DNA of 64,000 nucleotides from NCBI RefSeq assembly GCF_057098645.1, contig NZ_CM169472.1; one strand, 5' to 3'. Shown piece by piece: positions 11,169 to 24,462 of this stretch (position 1 is its first letter; each line of letters starts with the position of its first letter). The notes under the pieces were generated by a model. It saw only the letters and a program-made list of their open reading frames with translations, ran no database searches and was not told where the DNA came from. The position numbers and the translations under genes were made by a program.

Positions 11169-11963
11169 TTAGATAGCCACCGGCGCTTTAATGCCCGGAT
11201 GCGGATCGTAGCCTTCAATCTCAAAGTCTTCGAAACGGTAGTCGAAGATGGATTCGGGTTTACGTTTGATAATCAACTTCGGCAGCGGACGCGGTTCGCG
11301 GCTTAATTGCAGATGAGTTTGATCCATATGATTGCTGTACAGGTGTGTATCGCCACCGGTCCAGACAAAATCACCCACTTCCAGATCGCACTGCTGCGCC
11401 ATCATATGCACCAGTAACGCGTAGCTGGCAATGTTGAACGGCAGGCCGAGGAAGACGTCACAGGAGCGCTGATAAAGCTGACAAGAGAGTTTGCCGTCTG
11501 CCACATAGAACTGGAAGAATGCATGGCACGGTGCCAGCGCCATTTTATCCAGTTCGCCTACGTTCCACGCTGAAACAATAATGCGGCGCGAATCCGGGTC
11601 GTTTTTCAGCTGGTTCAGTACCGTAGTGATCTGGTCAATATGACGACCATCTGGCGTTGGCCAGGCGCGCCACTGTTTACCATACACTGGCCCGAGGTCG
11701 CCGTTTTCATCGGCCCATTCGTCCCAGATGGTGACATTGTTTTCGTGTAGATAAGCAATGTTAGTGTCGCCCTGCAGAAACCACAGCAGTTCATGGATGA
11801 TGGAACGCAGGTGGCAACGTTTAGTTGTCACCAGCGGGAATCCATCCTGCAGGTTAAAACGCATCTGATGACCAAAAATGGAAAGCGTTCCGGTTCCGGT
11901 ACGGTCGTTTTTCTGTGTGCCTTCGTCGAGCACTTTTTGCATCAGTTCTAAATACTGTTTCAT
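11169..11963 (-). CDS. thyA: Thymidylate synthase, 264 aa
   Basis: Track ORF 264 aa [36 protein letters not shown], active-site region [10 protein letters not shown]. Confidence 0.97.
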
Positions 11964-11969
11964 GGTTCC

Positions 11970-12845
11970 TCAGGAAACGTGTTGCTGTGGGCTGAGACGA
12001 TATGCCCAGACCATCATGATCACACCCGCGACAATCATCGGGATGGAAAGAATTTGCCCCATGCTGATGTACTGCACCCAGGCACCGGTAAACTGCGCGT
12101 CGGGCTGGCGGAAAAACTCAACAATGATGCGAAACGCGCCGTAGCCAATCAGGAACAAGCCTGAGACAGCTCCCATTGGGCGCGGTTTACGAATATACAG
12201 GTTGAGGATAATAAACAGCACCACACCTTCCAGCAGCAGTTCGTAAAGCTGTGATGGGTGGCGCGGCAGCACACCGTAAGTGTCGAAAATGGATTGCCAC
12301 TGCGGGTTGGTTTGCAGCAGCAAAATATCTTCTGTACGGGAGCCTGGGAACAGCATGGCAAACGGGAAGTTCGGGTCAACGCGGCCCCACAATTCACCGT
12401 TAATAAAGTTGCCCAGACGCCCGGCACCAAGACCAAACGGAATGAGTGGTGCGATAAAATCAGAAACCTGGAAGAAGGAACGTTTAGTACGGCGGGCGAA
12501 GATAATCATCACCACGATAACGCCAATCAGGCCGCCGTGGAAGGACATGCCGCCGTCCCAGACACGGAACAGATACAGCGGATCAGCCATAAACTGCGGG
12601 AAATTGTAGAACAGAACATAACCAATACGTCCCCCGAGGAAGACGCCGAGGAAGCCCGCATAGAGTAAGTTTTCAACTTCATTTTTGGTCCAGCCGCTGC
12701 CCGGACGATTCGCCCGACGTGTTGCCAGCCACATTGCAAAAATGAAACCCACCAGATACATCAGGCCGTACCAGTGAAGCGCCACGGGTCCTATTGAGAA
12801 AATGACCGGATCAAACTCCGGAAAATGCAGATAGCTACTGGTCAT
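11970..12845 (-). CDS. lgt: Prolipoprotein diacylglyceryl transferase, 291 aa
   Basis: Track ORF 291 aa multi-pass membrane protein; immediately upstream of thyA as in the lgt-thyA operon. Confidence 0.95.
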   Translation of the reverse strand: MTSSYLHFPEFDPVIFSIGPVALHWYGLMYLVGFIFAMWLATRRANRPGSGWTKNEVENLLYAGFLGVFLGGRIGYVLFYNFPQFMADPLYLFRVWDGGMSFHGGLIGVIVVMIIFARRTKRSFFQVSDFIAPLIPFGLGAGRLGNFINGELWGRVDPNFPFAMLFPGSRTEDILLLQTNPQWQSIFDTYGVLPRHPSQLYELLLEGVVLFIILNLYIRKPRPMGAVSGLFLIGYGAFRIIVEFFRQPDAQFTGAWVQYISMGQILSIPMIVAGVIMMVWAYRLSPQQHVS

Positions 12846-12995
12846 CTGTCACCACAAGTTCTTGTTATTTCGCTGAAAGAGAACAGCGATTGAAATGCGC
12901 GCCGCAGGTTTCAGGCGCTCCAAAGGTGCGAATAATAGCACAAGGGGACCTGGCTGGTTGCCGGATACCGTTAAAAGATATGTATATGATCCGCG

Positions 12996-15242
12996 CTATA
13001 ACCCTCCGCGAATCAGCCCGCCCATGCCGCGACGCTCCATAAAGGCTGCAACCTGATGGCGAACTTCGGTCGCCAGTTGCGCTTCCAGACTACGCTGCGC
13101 AAGATTTTCTGCTTCGGCATAATCAATGCGACGCAGCAGGTATTTTACCCGCGCTACAGAACGTCCGTTCATAGACAGATGGCGATACCCAAGCCCAATG
13201 AGGATTGCCACGCACATGGGATCGCCCGCCATTTCACCGCACAAACGGAGATCGATTCCATGTATTTCCGCTTCCCGGGCGATCATCGCCAGAGCTCGTA
13301 ACATTGCAGGATGAAGACTGTCATAAATGTTCGCCACCCGGGTATTGTTGCGATCAACGGCCAGAATGTATTGAGTCAGATCGTTGGTGCCAACAGAGAT
13401 GAAATCGACCCGCTTTGCCAGATGCGGCAGCATAAATACCATTGACGGCACTTCCAGCATGATGCCGATACGTGGTTTGGGAATTTCGTAACCGATCATC
13501 TCCTCGACTTCACGTCCGGCACGTTCAATCAGGCGGCGTGCTTCGTCAACTTCATCGAGGCTGGTGACCATCGGCAACAGAATATTCAGGTTGCCCGTAG
13601 CGGCATTAGCACGCAGCATCGCCCGCACCTGGATCAAGAAGATCTCCGGCTGATCGAGCGTAATGCGAATCCCACGCCACCCCAGGCATGGATTCTCTTC
13701 GCTGATCGGCATGTAAGGCAGCTGCTTATCTGCTCCGACATCCAGCGTACGCAAGGTGACGGGTTTATCATTGAACATTTGCAGCATCCCCTGATACTGC
13801 GCCACCTGTTCTTCTTCCGACGGGAAACCACTTTGCAGCATGAATGGGATTTCAGTGCGATAAAGACCGATGCCATCAATACGGCTGCCCAGTTTTTCTT
13901 CATGTTCCGGGCTTAAACCAGCATTGAGCATGACTTTTATACGCTCACCGCTTTTTAACTGCGCGGGTAAATTGACGTCATCTTCCGCCAGACGGCTAAG
14001 CTCAATCTCTTCACTAATTAGCCGCTGATATTCTTGCAGCAGTACCGGCTCCGGATCGACCAGCAATTCACCGCGATAGCCATCAACGATCAGCGTCCTA
14101 CGATGCAGCACCGAAGGCTGAATATCCGCGCCCATCACGGTAGGGATCCCCAGCGCACGTACCATGATTGCAGCATGGGAGTTGGCTGCGCCATCTCGCA
14201 CGACAACACCGACTAAGCGATCCTGGGGCAGCTCAGCAAGAGTTGTCGCTGACAGTTCATCTGCCACCAGAATGAAACGTTCCGGCCAGGCGTTCGGCCC
14301 TTGATTAGCGTCATCAAGATGAAACAGCAATCGCTGACCCAGCGCACGTAAATCGCCAGCGCGCTCTTTGAGATAGTTATCGCTTAGCGCGGCAAACTGT
14401 TCGGCAAATTTTTCAATGACCGTTTTTACCGCCCATTCTGCCACCGAGCCTTTATCAACCTCGGCAAACAATTCGCGACGCAGCCGGGTGTCCGAAAGCA
14501 GGTGCGAGTAAAGATCGAAAATAGCCGCCGTTTCTTTTTGTGCACCGGCGGCAAAGCGTTTGCTGTAGCGGCGAAACTCGTTTGCCGCTTCTTCCAGCGC
14601 CCCGGTCAGTCGTTCGCGTTCCAGAGCCGGATCCAGCGTTGATGCCTGATACACCTGTTCCATTAAAGGTAACGTGGCATCCTGCCAGCCTTCGGCAATC
14701 GCCACACCAGGTGCTGCCGGTAATGCGCGGATTCGCGTCTGGCGATATTGCCCAAACAAGGCAGTCAACTGCGACTGAGAAAGAATAGCTGCCATCTGGG
14801 TGGCAAGCGTCACCAGGAAGGATTCTTCACTTTCGTCATACTGGCGCAACTCTCGTTGCTGTACCACCAGTACACCAAGCAACTGGCGACGTTGAATAAT
14901 TGGTACGCCTAAAAACGCGCGGAAACGTTCTTCTTTTACGGAGGGGATGTATTTGAAGCTGGGGTGCTTTTGCGCATCTGCAAGGTTTATCGGTTCCGCC
15001 AGCCTGCCAACCAGGCCGACGATCCCTTCATCAAACGCGAGCGTTACAGTGCGACCGCGTGGTTTTTTCAGCCCCCGGGTCGCCATCAGGTAGTAACAAC
15101 GTCGATCATGATCGGCCAGGTAGACCGAACAGACCTCGGTATCCATCGCAAGACAGATGTCGGTAACCAGAATATTTAACGCCTCATTCAGGCGTGGTGC
15201 GCTGGCTACCTTTTCGACTATTTCGCGCAGGCGAGTGAGCAT
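12996..15242 (-). CDS. ptsP: Phosphoenolpyruvate-protein phosphotransferase EI-Ntr (GAF + EI domains), 748 aa
   Basis: Track ORF 748 aa; synteny rppH-ptsP. Confidence 0.95.
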   Translation of the reverse strand: MLTRLREIVEKVASAPRLNEALNILVTDICLAMDTEVCSVYLADHDRRCYYLMATRGLKKPRGRTVTLAFDEGIVGLVGRLAEPINLADAQKHPSFKYIPSVKEERFRAFLGVPIIQRRQLLGVLVVQQRELRQYDESEESFLVTLATQMAAILSQSQLTALFGQYRQTRIRALPAAPGVAIAEGWQDATLPLMEQVYQASTLDPALERERLTGALEEAANEFRRYSKRFAAGAQKETAAIFDLYSHLLSDTRLRRELFAEVDKGSVAEWAVKTVIEKFAEQFAALSDNYLKERAGDLRALGQRLLFHLDDANQGPNAWPERFILVADELSATTLAELPQDRLVGVVVRDGAANSHAAIMVRALGIPTVMGADIQPSVLHRRTLIVDGYRGELLVDPEPVLLQEYQRLISEEIELSRLAEDDVNLPAQLKSGERIKVMLNAGLSPEHEEKLGSRIDGIGLYRTEIPFMLQSGFPSEEEQVAQYQGMLQMFNDKPVTLRTLDVGADKQLPYMPISEENPCLGWRGIRITLDQPEIFLIQVRAMLRANAATGNLNILLPMVTSLDEVDEARRLIERAGREVEEMIGYEIPKPRIGIMLEVPSMVFMLPHLAKRVDFISVGTNDLTQYILAVDRNNTRVANIYDSLHPAMLRALAMIAREAEIHGIDLRLCGEMAGDPMCVAILIGLGYRHLSMNGRSVARVKYLLRRIDYAEAENLAQRSLEAQLATEVRHQVAAFMERRGMGGLIRGGL

Positions 15243-15254
15243 AATTGGCGTGAC

Positions 15255-15803
15255 TTAACCTCTTTTACGTCGATAAGCAGATTTACGTCGATAAGCAGAT
15301 GCGTTTTGTGGTTTTGGCGTATTTTCCTGCAGTGACATCACCACACTCGCGAACTCTTTCATTACCCTACGGTAGACATCACGTTTAAATGACACCACCT
15401 GTCTGACCGGATACCAGTAACTTACCCATCGCCAGCCGTCAAACTCTGGTGTACTGCTGGTTTGCATATTGATTTCTGCATCGCCGCTCACCAGCTGCAA
15501 GAGAAACCATTTTTGTTTTTGGCCGATACAAACCGGCTTCGTGTCCCAACGCACCAAACGTTTCGGTAATTTGTAGCGCAACCAGTTACGCGTTGAAGCA
15601 AGGATTCGAACGTCTTTGCGGCTTAATCCTACTTCTTCAAACAATTCACGGTACATCGCCTGCTCTGCGGATTCTCCGGGGTTAATTCCGCCTTGCGGAA
15701 ATTGCCAGGAGTGCTGACCAAATCGCCGGGCCCACATTACCTGCCCCTGGCGATTACAAATCACGATACCTACGTTTGGGCGGTAGCCATCGTCATCAAT
15801 CAC
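15255..15803 (-). CDS. rppH: RNA pyrophosphohydrolase (Nudix), 182 aa here; contains a 6-aa C-terminal tandem duplication
   Basis: Track [20 protein letters not shown] with Nudix box [24 protein letters not shown]-terminus [16 protein letters not shown]. Confidence 0.9.
   Translation of the reverse strand: MIDDDGYRPNVGIVICNRQGQVMWARRFGQHSWQFPQGGINPGESAEQAMYRELFEEVGLSRKDVRILASTRNWLRYKLPKRLVRWDTKPVCIGQKQKWFLLQLVSGDAEINMQTSSTPEFDGWRWVSYWYPVRQVVSFKRDVYRRVMKEFASVVMSLQENTPKPQNASAYRRKSAYRRKRG
15264..15299. repeat. Perfect 18-bp tandem direct repeat (2 units TTTACGTCGATAAGCAGA) inside the 3' end of rppH
   Basis: Read directly: units at 15264-15281 and 15282-15299; in frame, encoding SAYRRK twice. 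Confidence 0.9.
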
Positions 15804-15939
15804 CGGACTACCTCAATATAAAGCTTTATATACGAATGATTGTTTCATACTCCAGGAAGACGGTAAACCACTCTCTGCAGGGCATTACACACTAATAACA
15901 ATTGAATAACTCACAGTTATGTGCAGAGTTATAAACAGA

Positions 15940-16310
15940 GGAAGGGGTGGATAGCCGTTTTTATTCACCTTTTCTGTGGATAGAGTTGTGAAGAACTACG
16001 GAATTACTACGGGAAAACCCGGAGCATTCTGAATAAGCCCGATATAGACATTTTAAAATATTCATTATCAGTCAATGCATTACATGTAATTTAAGTAATG
16101 AAAAAGAGTAATTCGTGACCCAGGTCACACCTCTCATTTACGGGTTGGCGAAAGATCAACCAATGCCGTATTTATCCACAGAATGTGCCACTAAGTTAAG
16201 CACTGAACCACTAAAAACTGGAGTTTCGTCGCACGTCAAGGCTGTAAATGGAAACAGTAGTGGAGGTTTTTCACAGTTATCCCAGCTTTCTGTGGATAAC
16301 ATGGTGTAAG
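15940..16310. promoter_or_regulatory. DARS2-like DnaA-reactivating region (cluster of DnaA boxes in the rppH-mutH intergenic region)
   Basis: Perfect DnaA 9-mers TTATCCACA at 16172-16180 and TGTGGATAA at 16291-16299; three near-consensus boxes clustered near 15946-15983; DARS2 is described in the literature in this intergenic region. Confidence 0.5.
16163..16309 (+). CDS. ygdT: Small protein YgdT-like, 48 aa (MPYLSTECATKLSTEPLK...)
   Basis: Track ORF 16115..16309; 48-aa version from internal ATG at 16163; position between rppH and mutH; overlaps DnaA boxes so coding status is uncertain. Confidence 0.45.
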   Translation: MPYLSTECATKLSTEPLKTGVSSHVKAVNGNSSGGFSQLSQLSVDNMV

Positions 16311-16487
16311 ATCCTGTTTATTTTCAGTGACCAGATTTGGAAAACCCGTTGCAGTGTTGCGCAACTCGATTACCGGCAACCTAAAAAGCAATATAAATCA
16401 GAGAATTGAACAACGCATGTGGAAAAAGTTACACTGCGAATATTCGGCACATAATTGCTGTTTGTTTTTTAACCAAGGTATCATGAC

Positions 16488-17177
16488 ATGTCCCAACCTC
16501 GCCCACTGCTCTCTCCTCCCGAAACTGAAGAACAGTTGTTAGCGCAAGCACAGCAACTTTCTGGTTATACATTGGGAGAACTGGCGGCACTTGCCGGGCT
16601 GGTTACGCCAGAGAATTTAAAACGCGATAAGGGCTGGATTGGCGTGTTACTGGAGATCTGGCTAGGTGCCAGCGCAGGGAGTAAACCTGAGCAAGATTTT
16701 GCTGCTCTGGGCGTGGAACTTAAAACTATCCCTGTGGATAGTCTTGGTCGTCCGCTGGAAACAACATTCGTTTGTGTTGCCCCGTTAACGGGCAATAGCG
16801 GAGTGACCTGGGAAACCAGCCACGTGCGCCACAAACTCAAACGCGTACTGTGGATACCGGTTGAAGGCGAGCGCAGCATCCCGCTGGCGCAGCGTCGCGT
16901 TGGATCACCGTTGCTGTGGAGCCCGAATGAAGAGGAAGACCGGCAGCTACGCGAAGACTGGGAAGAATTAATGGATATGATTGTTCTCGGTCAGGTTGAG
17001 CGGATTACCGCTCGTCACGGGGAGTATTTACAGATACGACCGAAAGCAGCGAATGCGAAAGCGCTTACCGAAGCCATTGGTGCCCGGGGCGAACGGATTC
17101 TGACGCTGCCGCGCGGCTTTTATTTGAAGAAAAATTTCACCAGTGCGCTGCTGGCCCGTCATTTTCTGATCCAGTAG
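16488..17177 (+). CDS. mutH: DNA mismatch repair endonuclease MutH, 229 aa
   Basis: Track ORF 229 aa [33 protein letters not shown]. Confidence 0.95.
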
Positions 17178-17245
17178 CCATCGCTTTGACCTGCCGCTTT
17201 CCGGGCATATAATTACCGCTTCATTTTTTTGGCAGGGCTTTTTAG

Positions 17246-17959
17246 ATGTTATTTGCATGGATAACCGATCCTAACGCCTGGCTTGCGCTCGGTACGCTGA
17301 CGCTGCTGGAGATCGTTCTTGGGATCGACAATATTATTTTCCTTTCTCTGGTGGTGGCAAAGCTCCCCACAGCACAACGTGCTCATGCGCGCCGTCTGGG
17401 GTTGGCGGGAGCCATGGTTATGCGTCTGGCGCTGCTGGCATCAATCGCCTGGGTTACGCGCCTGACGAATCCGCTTTTTACAATATTCAGTCAGGAAATT
17501 TCCGCCCGTGATTTGATTCTGCTTCTGGGTGGCTTGTTCCTTATCTGGAAAGCCAGCAAGGAAATCCACGAATCCATTGAAGGTGAAGAAGAAGGGCTGA
17601 AAACACGCGTTTCATCATTCCTCGGCGCTATCGTGCAGATTATGCTGCTGGATATTATCTTCAGCCTCGACTCGGTGATTACCGCTGTGGGTCTGTCAGA
17701 TCACCTGTTTATTATGATGGCCGCCGTGGTAATTGCCGTAGGCGTGATGATGTTCGCCGCGCGCTCGATTGGTGATTTTGTCGAGCGCCATCCTTCGGTA
17801 AAAATGCTGGCGCTCTCTTTCCTGATTCTGGTGGGCTTTACCCTGATTCTGGAAAGTTTCGACATCCACGTACCGAAAGGTTACATCTACTTCGCGATGT
17901 TCTTCTCTATTGCGGTTGAAAGCCTCAACCTGATTCGCAACAAAAAGAATCCGCTCTGA
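17246..17959 (+). CDS. ygdQ: TerC-family inner membrane protein, 237 aa
   Basis: Track ORF 237 aa polytopic membrane protein; synteny after mutH. Confidence 0.85.
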
Positions 17960-18096
17960 TACTCCGTACGCTCTCCTGCGGGAGAGCGTACTCACTCCTG
18001 TTACCCTCACAGTTTAAGATTTTCCTGCTTTCAAGATATATAACGTCGGTTTATAAACAGACTATTATCATAGGTGGGCCAAATGAGGATAACCGG

Positions 18097-18315
18097 ATGA
18101 AAAAATGGGCAGTAATAATTTCTGCAGTCGGACTGGCGTTTGCTGTTTCCGGGTGTTCCAGTGATTACGTCATGGCGACCAAAGATGGCCGTATGATTTT
18201 GACCGATGGAAAACCTGAAATTGATGATGATACCGGGCTGGTGAGTTATCACGATCAGCAAGGTAACGCGATGCAAATTAACCGTGATGATGTTTCGCAA
18301 ATAATTGAACGTTAA
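18097..18315 (+). CDS. ygdR: Small lipoprotein YgdR, 72 aa
   Basis: Track [25 protein letters not shown] (lipobox). Confidence 0.85.
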
Positions 18316-18320
18316 CAAAT

Positions 18321-18353
18321 AAGGTCAGCATCCGGCTGGCCTTAAGATTTTTC
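18321..18353 (+). terminator. Rho-independent terminator after ygdR
   Basis: Stem AAGGTCAG / CTGGCCTT with loop CATCCGG, followed by T-rich tract. Confidence 0.5.
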
Positions 18354-18422
18354 TCTTTCCCTTTTCCCTTCCCTCTGCCATTTTTATATTCCTTATGTCG
18401 TGATTATAAAAAGGAAACGGCT

Positions 18423-19463
18423 ATGCAATATCACCGTATACCCCACAGTTCGCTGGAAGTCAGCACGCTGGGGCTTGGCACGATGACGTTTGGTGAACAG
18501 AACAGCGAAGCCGACGCCCACGCACAACTCGACTATGCCGTCGCTCAGGGCATTAACCTTATCGACGTTGCCGAAATGTACCCAGTACCTCCGCGCCCCG
18601 AAACGCAAGGGTTAACCGAAACCTACGTCGGCAACTGGCTGGCGAAACATGGCAGCCGCGAAAAGTTAATTATCGCCTCCAAAGTGAGCGGACCGTCGCG
18701 CAATAATGACAAGGGCATCCGCCCGGATCAGGCGCTGGATCGGAAGAATATCCGCGAAGCGCTGCATGACAGCCTCAAGCGCCTACAGACTGATTACCTC
18801 GATCTTTATCAGGTGCACTGGCCGCAGCGCCCAACCAACTGCTTCGGCAAACTCGGTTATAGCTGGACAGATTCTGCGCCTGCGGTTTCGCTGCTGGATA
18901 CGCTGGACGCACTGGCAGAGTACCAACGCGCGGGAAAAATTCGTTATATCGGCGTGTCGAACGAAACTGCATTTGGCGTAATGCGCTACCTGCATCTGGC
19001 GGACAAACACGATCTGCCGCGTATTGTCACCATTCAGAACCCTTACAGTCTGTTAAACCGCAGTTTTGAAGTAGGTCTGGCAGAAGTCAGCCAGTATGAA
19101 GGGGTCGAACTGCTGGCCTATTCGTGCCTGGGTTTCGGCACGCTGACCGGGAAATATCTCAATGGTGCAAAACCCGCTGGCGCACGTAATACGCTCTTTA
19201 GTCGGTTCACCCGCTATAGCGGTGAGCAAACGCAAAAAGCCGTCGCGGCGTATGTTGATATCGCCAGACGTCATGGCCTGGATCCTGCTCAGATGGCGCT
19301 CGCTTTTGTACGTCGTCAACCGTTTGTTGCCAGCACTCTGCTGGGCGCAACCACGATGGAGCAGCTGAAAACTAACGTCGAAAGTTTGCATCTGGAGTTG
19401 AGCGAAGACGTATTAGCTGAAATTGAAGCGGTGCATCAGGTTTATACGTATCCTGCACCATAA
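18423..19463 (+). CDS. tas: Aldo-keto reductase Tas, 346 aa
   Basis: Track ORF 346 aa MQYHRIPHSSLEVSTLGLGTMTFGEQ. Confidence 0.9.
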   Translation: MQYHRIPHSSLEVSTLGLGTMTFGEQNSEADAHAQLDYAVAQGINLIDVAEMYPVPPRPETQGLTETYVGNWLAKHGSREKLIIASKVSGPSRNNDKGIRPDQALDRKNIREALHDSLKRLQTDYLDLYQVHWPQRPTNCFGKLGYSWTDSAPAVSLLDTLDALAEYQRAGKIRYIGVSNETAFGVMRYLHLADKHDLPRIVTIQNPYSLLNRSFEVGLAEVSQYEGVELLAYSCLGFGTLTGKYLNGAKPAGARNTLFSRFTRYSGEQTQKAVAAYVDIARRHGLDPAQMALAFVRRQPFVASTLLGATTMEQLKTNVESLHLELSEDVLAEIEAVHQVYTYPAP

Positions 19464-19467
19464 GATT

Positions 19468-19489
19468 AACGCCGGTTAAAACCGGCGTT
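19468..19489. terminator. Bidirectional hairpin terminator between convergent tas and lplT
   Basis: Inverted repeat AACGCCGGTT-AAAA-CCGGCGTT located between the two stop codons. Confidence 0.6.
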
Positions 19490-19494
19490 AAATA

Positions 19495-22861
<3,367 letters not shown>

Positions 22862-22927
22862 TCAGTAAAAGCGAATGGAGGGAGATTACACGAGATAAAG
22901 AACGCGAGCGACAGTAAATTAGGTGCG

Positions 22928-23015
22928 AAAAAAAACCTGCGCATCCGCGCAGGTTGGTGCAAGAGACAGGGTACGAAGAGCGTACCGAATAATCTCACCA
23001 ATCAATACCTCTGGG
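22928..23015 (-). ncRNA. omrA: Small RNA OmrA (RygA), 88 nt
   Basis: Minus strand reads CCCAGAGGTATTGATTGGTGAGATTATTCGG...CCTGCGCGGATGCGCAGG + T8; matches recalled OmrA sequence including terminator. Confidence 0.9.
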
Positions 23016-23129
23016 ATCTTGATTGTGGTCTGCACGACGACCCTTCGCCAGCGAGAAAACGCAAAGGAATGAAGGGAAATGCAACGAGGTGTGTAAATTG
23101 TCGGTTACTGTTACAGATTGATGACCGGC

Positions 23130-23211
23130 AAAAAAAACCTGCGCATCTGCGCAGGCTGGTGTAATTCATGTGCTCAACCCGAAGTTGACTTCACCTATCA
23201 ATACCTCTGGG
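23130..23211 (-). ncRNA. omrB: Small RNA OmrB (RygB), 82 nt
   Basis: Minus strand reads CCCAGAGGTATTGATAGGTGAAGTCAACTTCGGG...CCTGCGCAGATGCGCAGG + T8; shared 5' seed with OmrA. Confidence 0.9.
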
Positions 23212-23424
23212 ATCACCACTTTAGCAACCTGAAGCCAAACGCCACCAGCGGTCAATCGCAACAGCGTTTCGCAAAGTGTAACCAAAGGTTTGCAATCTCT
23301 TTTTTTGTCTTACTTATTTGCGTTTGGCTCACATTCCCACGATGAAAACACGCCACCCCTTGAACCAACGGGCGTTTTCCGTAACACTGAAAGAATGTAA
23401 GCGTTTACCCACTAAGGTATTTTC

Positions 23425-24456
23425 ATGGCGACCATAAAGGATGTAGCCCGACTGGCAGGCGTTTCAGTCGCCACCGTTTCCCGCGTCATTAATAATTCAC
23501 CCAAAGCCAGCGAAGCGTCCCGGCTGGCTGTGCATAGTGCAATGGAGTCTCTTAGCTATCACCCGAACGCCAACGCCCGTGCGCTGGCGCAGCAGACCAC
23601 TGAAACGGTCGGTCTGGTCGTTGGTGATGTTTCCGATCCGTTTTTCGGTGCAATGGTGAAAGCGGTCGAACAGGTGGCTTATCACACCGGTAATTTCTTA
23701 TTGATTGGCAACGGTTACCACAACGAACAAAAAGAGCGTCAGGCTATTGAGCAACTGATCCGCCATCGCTGTGCTGCGTTGGTCGTCCATGCCAAAATGA
23801 TCCCAGATGCCGATTTAGCCTCATTAATGAAACAAATGCCCGGTATGGTGCTAATCAACCGTATCCTGCCTGGCTTTGAAAACCGTTGTATTGCTCTGGA
23901 CGATCGTTACGGTGCCTGGCTGGCAACGCGTCATTTAATTCAGCAAGGTCATACCCGCATTGGTTATCTGTGCTCTAACCACTCTATTTCTGACGCCGAA
24001 GATCGTCTGCAAGGGTATTACGATGCCCTTGCTGAAAGTGGTATTCCGGCCAATGATCGGCTGGTGACATTTGGCGAACCAGACGAAAGCGGCGGCGAAC
24101 AGGCAATGACCGAGCTTTTGGGACGAGGAAGAAATTTCACTGCGGTAGCCTGTTATAACGATTCAATGGCGGCGGGTGCGATGGGCGTTCTCAATGATAA
24201 TGGTATTGATGTACCGGGCGAAATTTCGTTAATTGGCTTTGATGATGTACTGGTGTCACGCTATGTGCGCCCGCGCCTGACCACCGTGCGTTACCCAATC
24301 GTGACGATGGCGACCCAGGCTGCCGAACTGGCTTTGGTGCTGGCGGATAATCGCCCTCTCCCGGAAATCACTAATGTCTTTAGTCCGACGCTGGTACGTC
24401 GCCATTCAGTGTCAACTCCGTCGCTGGAGGCAAGTCATCATGCAACCAGCGACTAA
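23425..24456 (+). CDS. galR: Galactose operon repressor (LacI family), 343 aa
   Basis: Track ORF MATIKDVARLAGVSVATVSRVINN (HTH). Confidence 0.95.
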   Translation: MATIKDVARLAGVSVATVSRVINNSPKASEASRLAVHSAMESLSYHPNANARALAQQTTETVGLVVGDVSDPFFGAMVKAVEQVAYHTGNFLLIGNGYHNEQKERQAIEQLIRHRCAALVVHAKMIPDADLASLMKQMPGMVLINRILPGFENRCIALDDRYGAWLATRHLIQQGHTRIGYLCSNHSISDAEDRLQGYYDALAESGIPANDRLVTFGEPDESGGEQAMTELLGRGRNFTAVACYNDSMAAGAMGVLNDNGIDVPGEISLIGFDDVLVSRYVRPRLTTVRYPIVTMATQAAELALVLADNRPLPEITNVFSPTLVRRHSVSTPSLEASHHATSD

Positions 24457-24462
24457 CCGCAG

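Noticed and set aside
16327-16542. 71-aa ORF overlapping the mutH promoter and start
   Set aside because: Overlaps mutH 5' end in another frame; no RBS; likely spurious.
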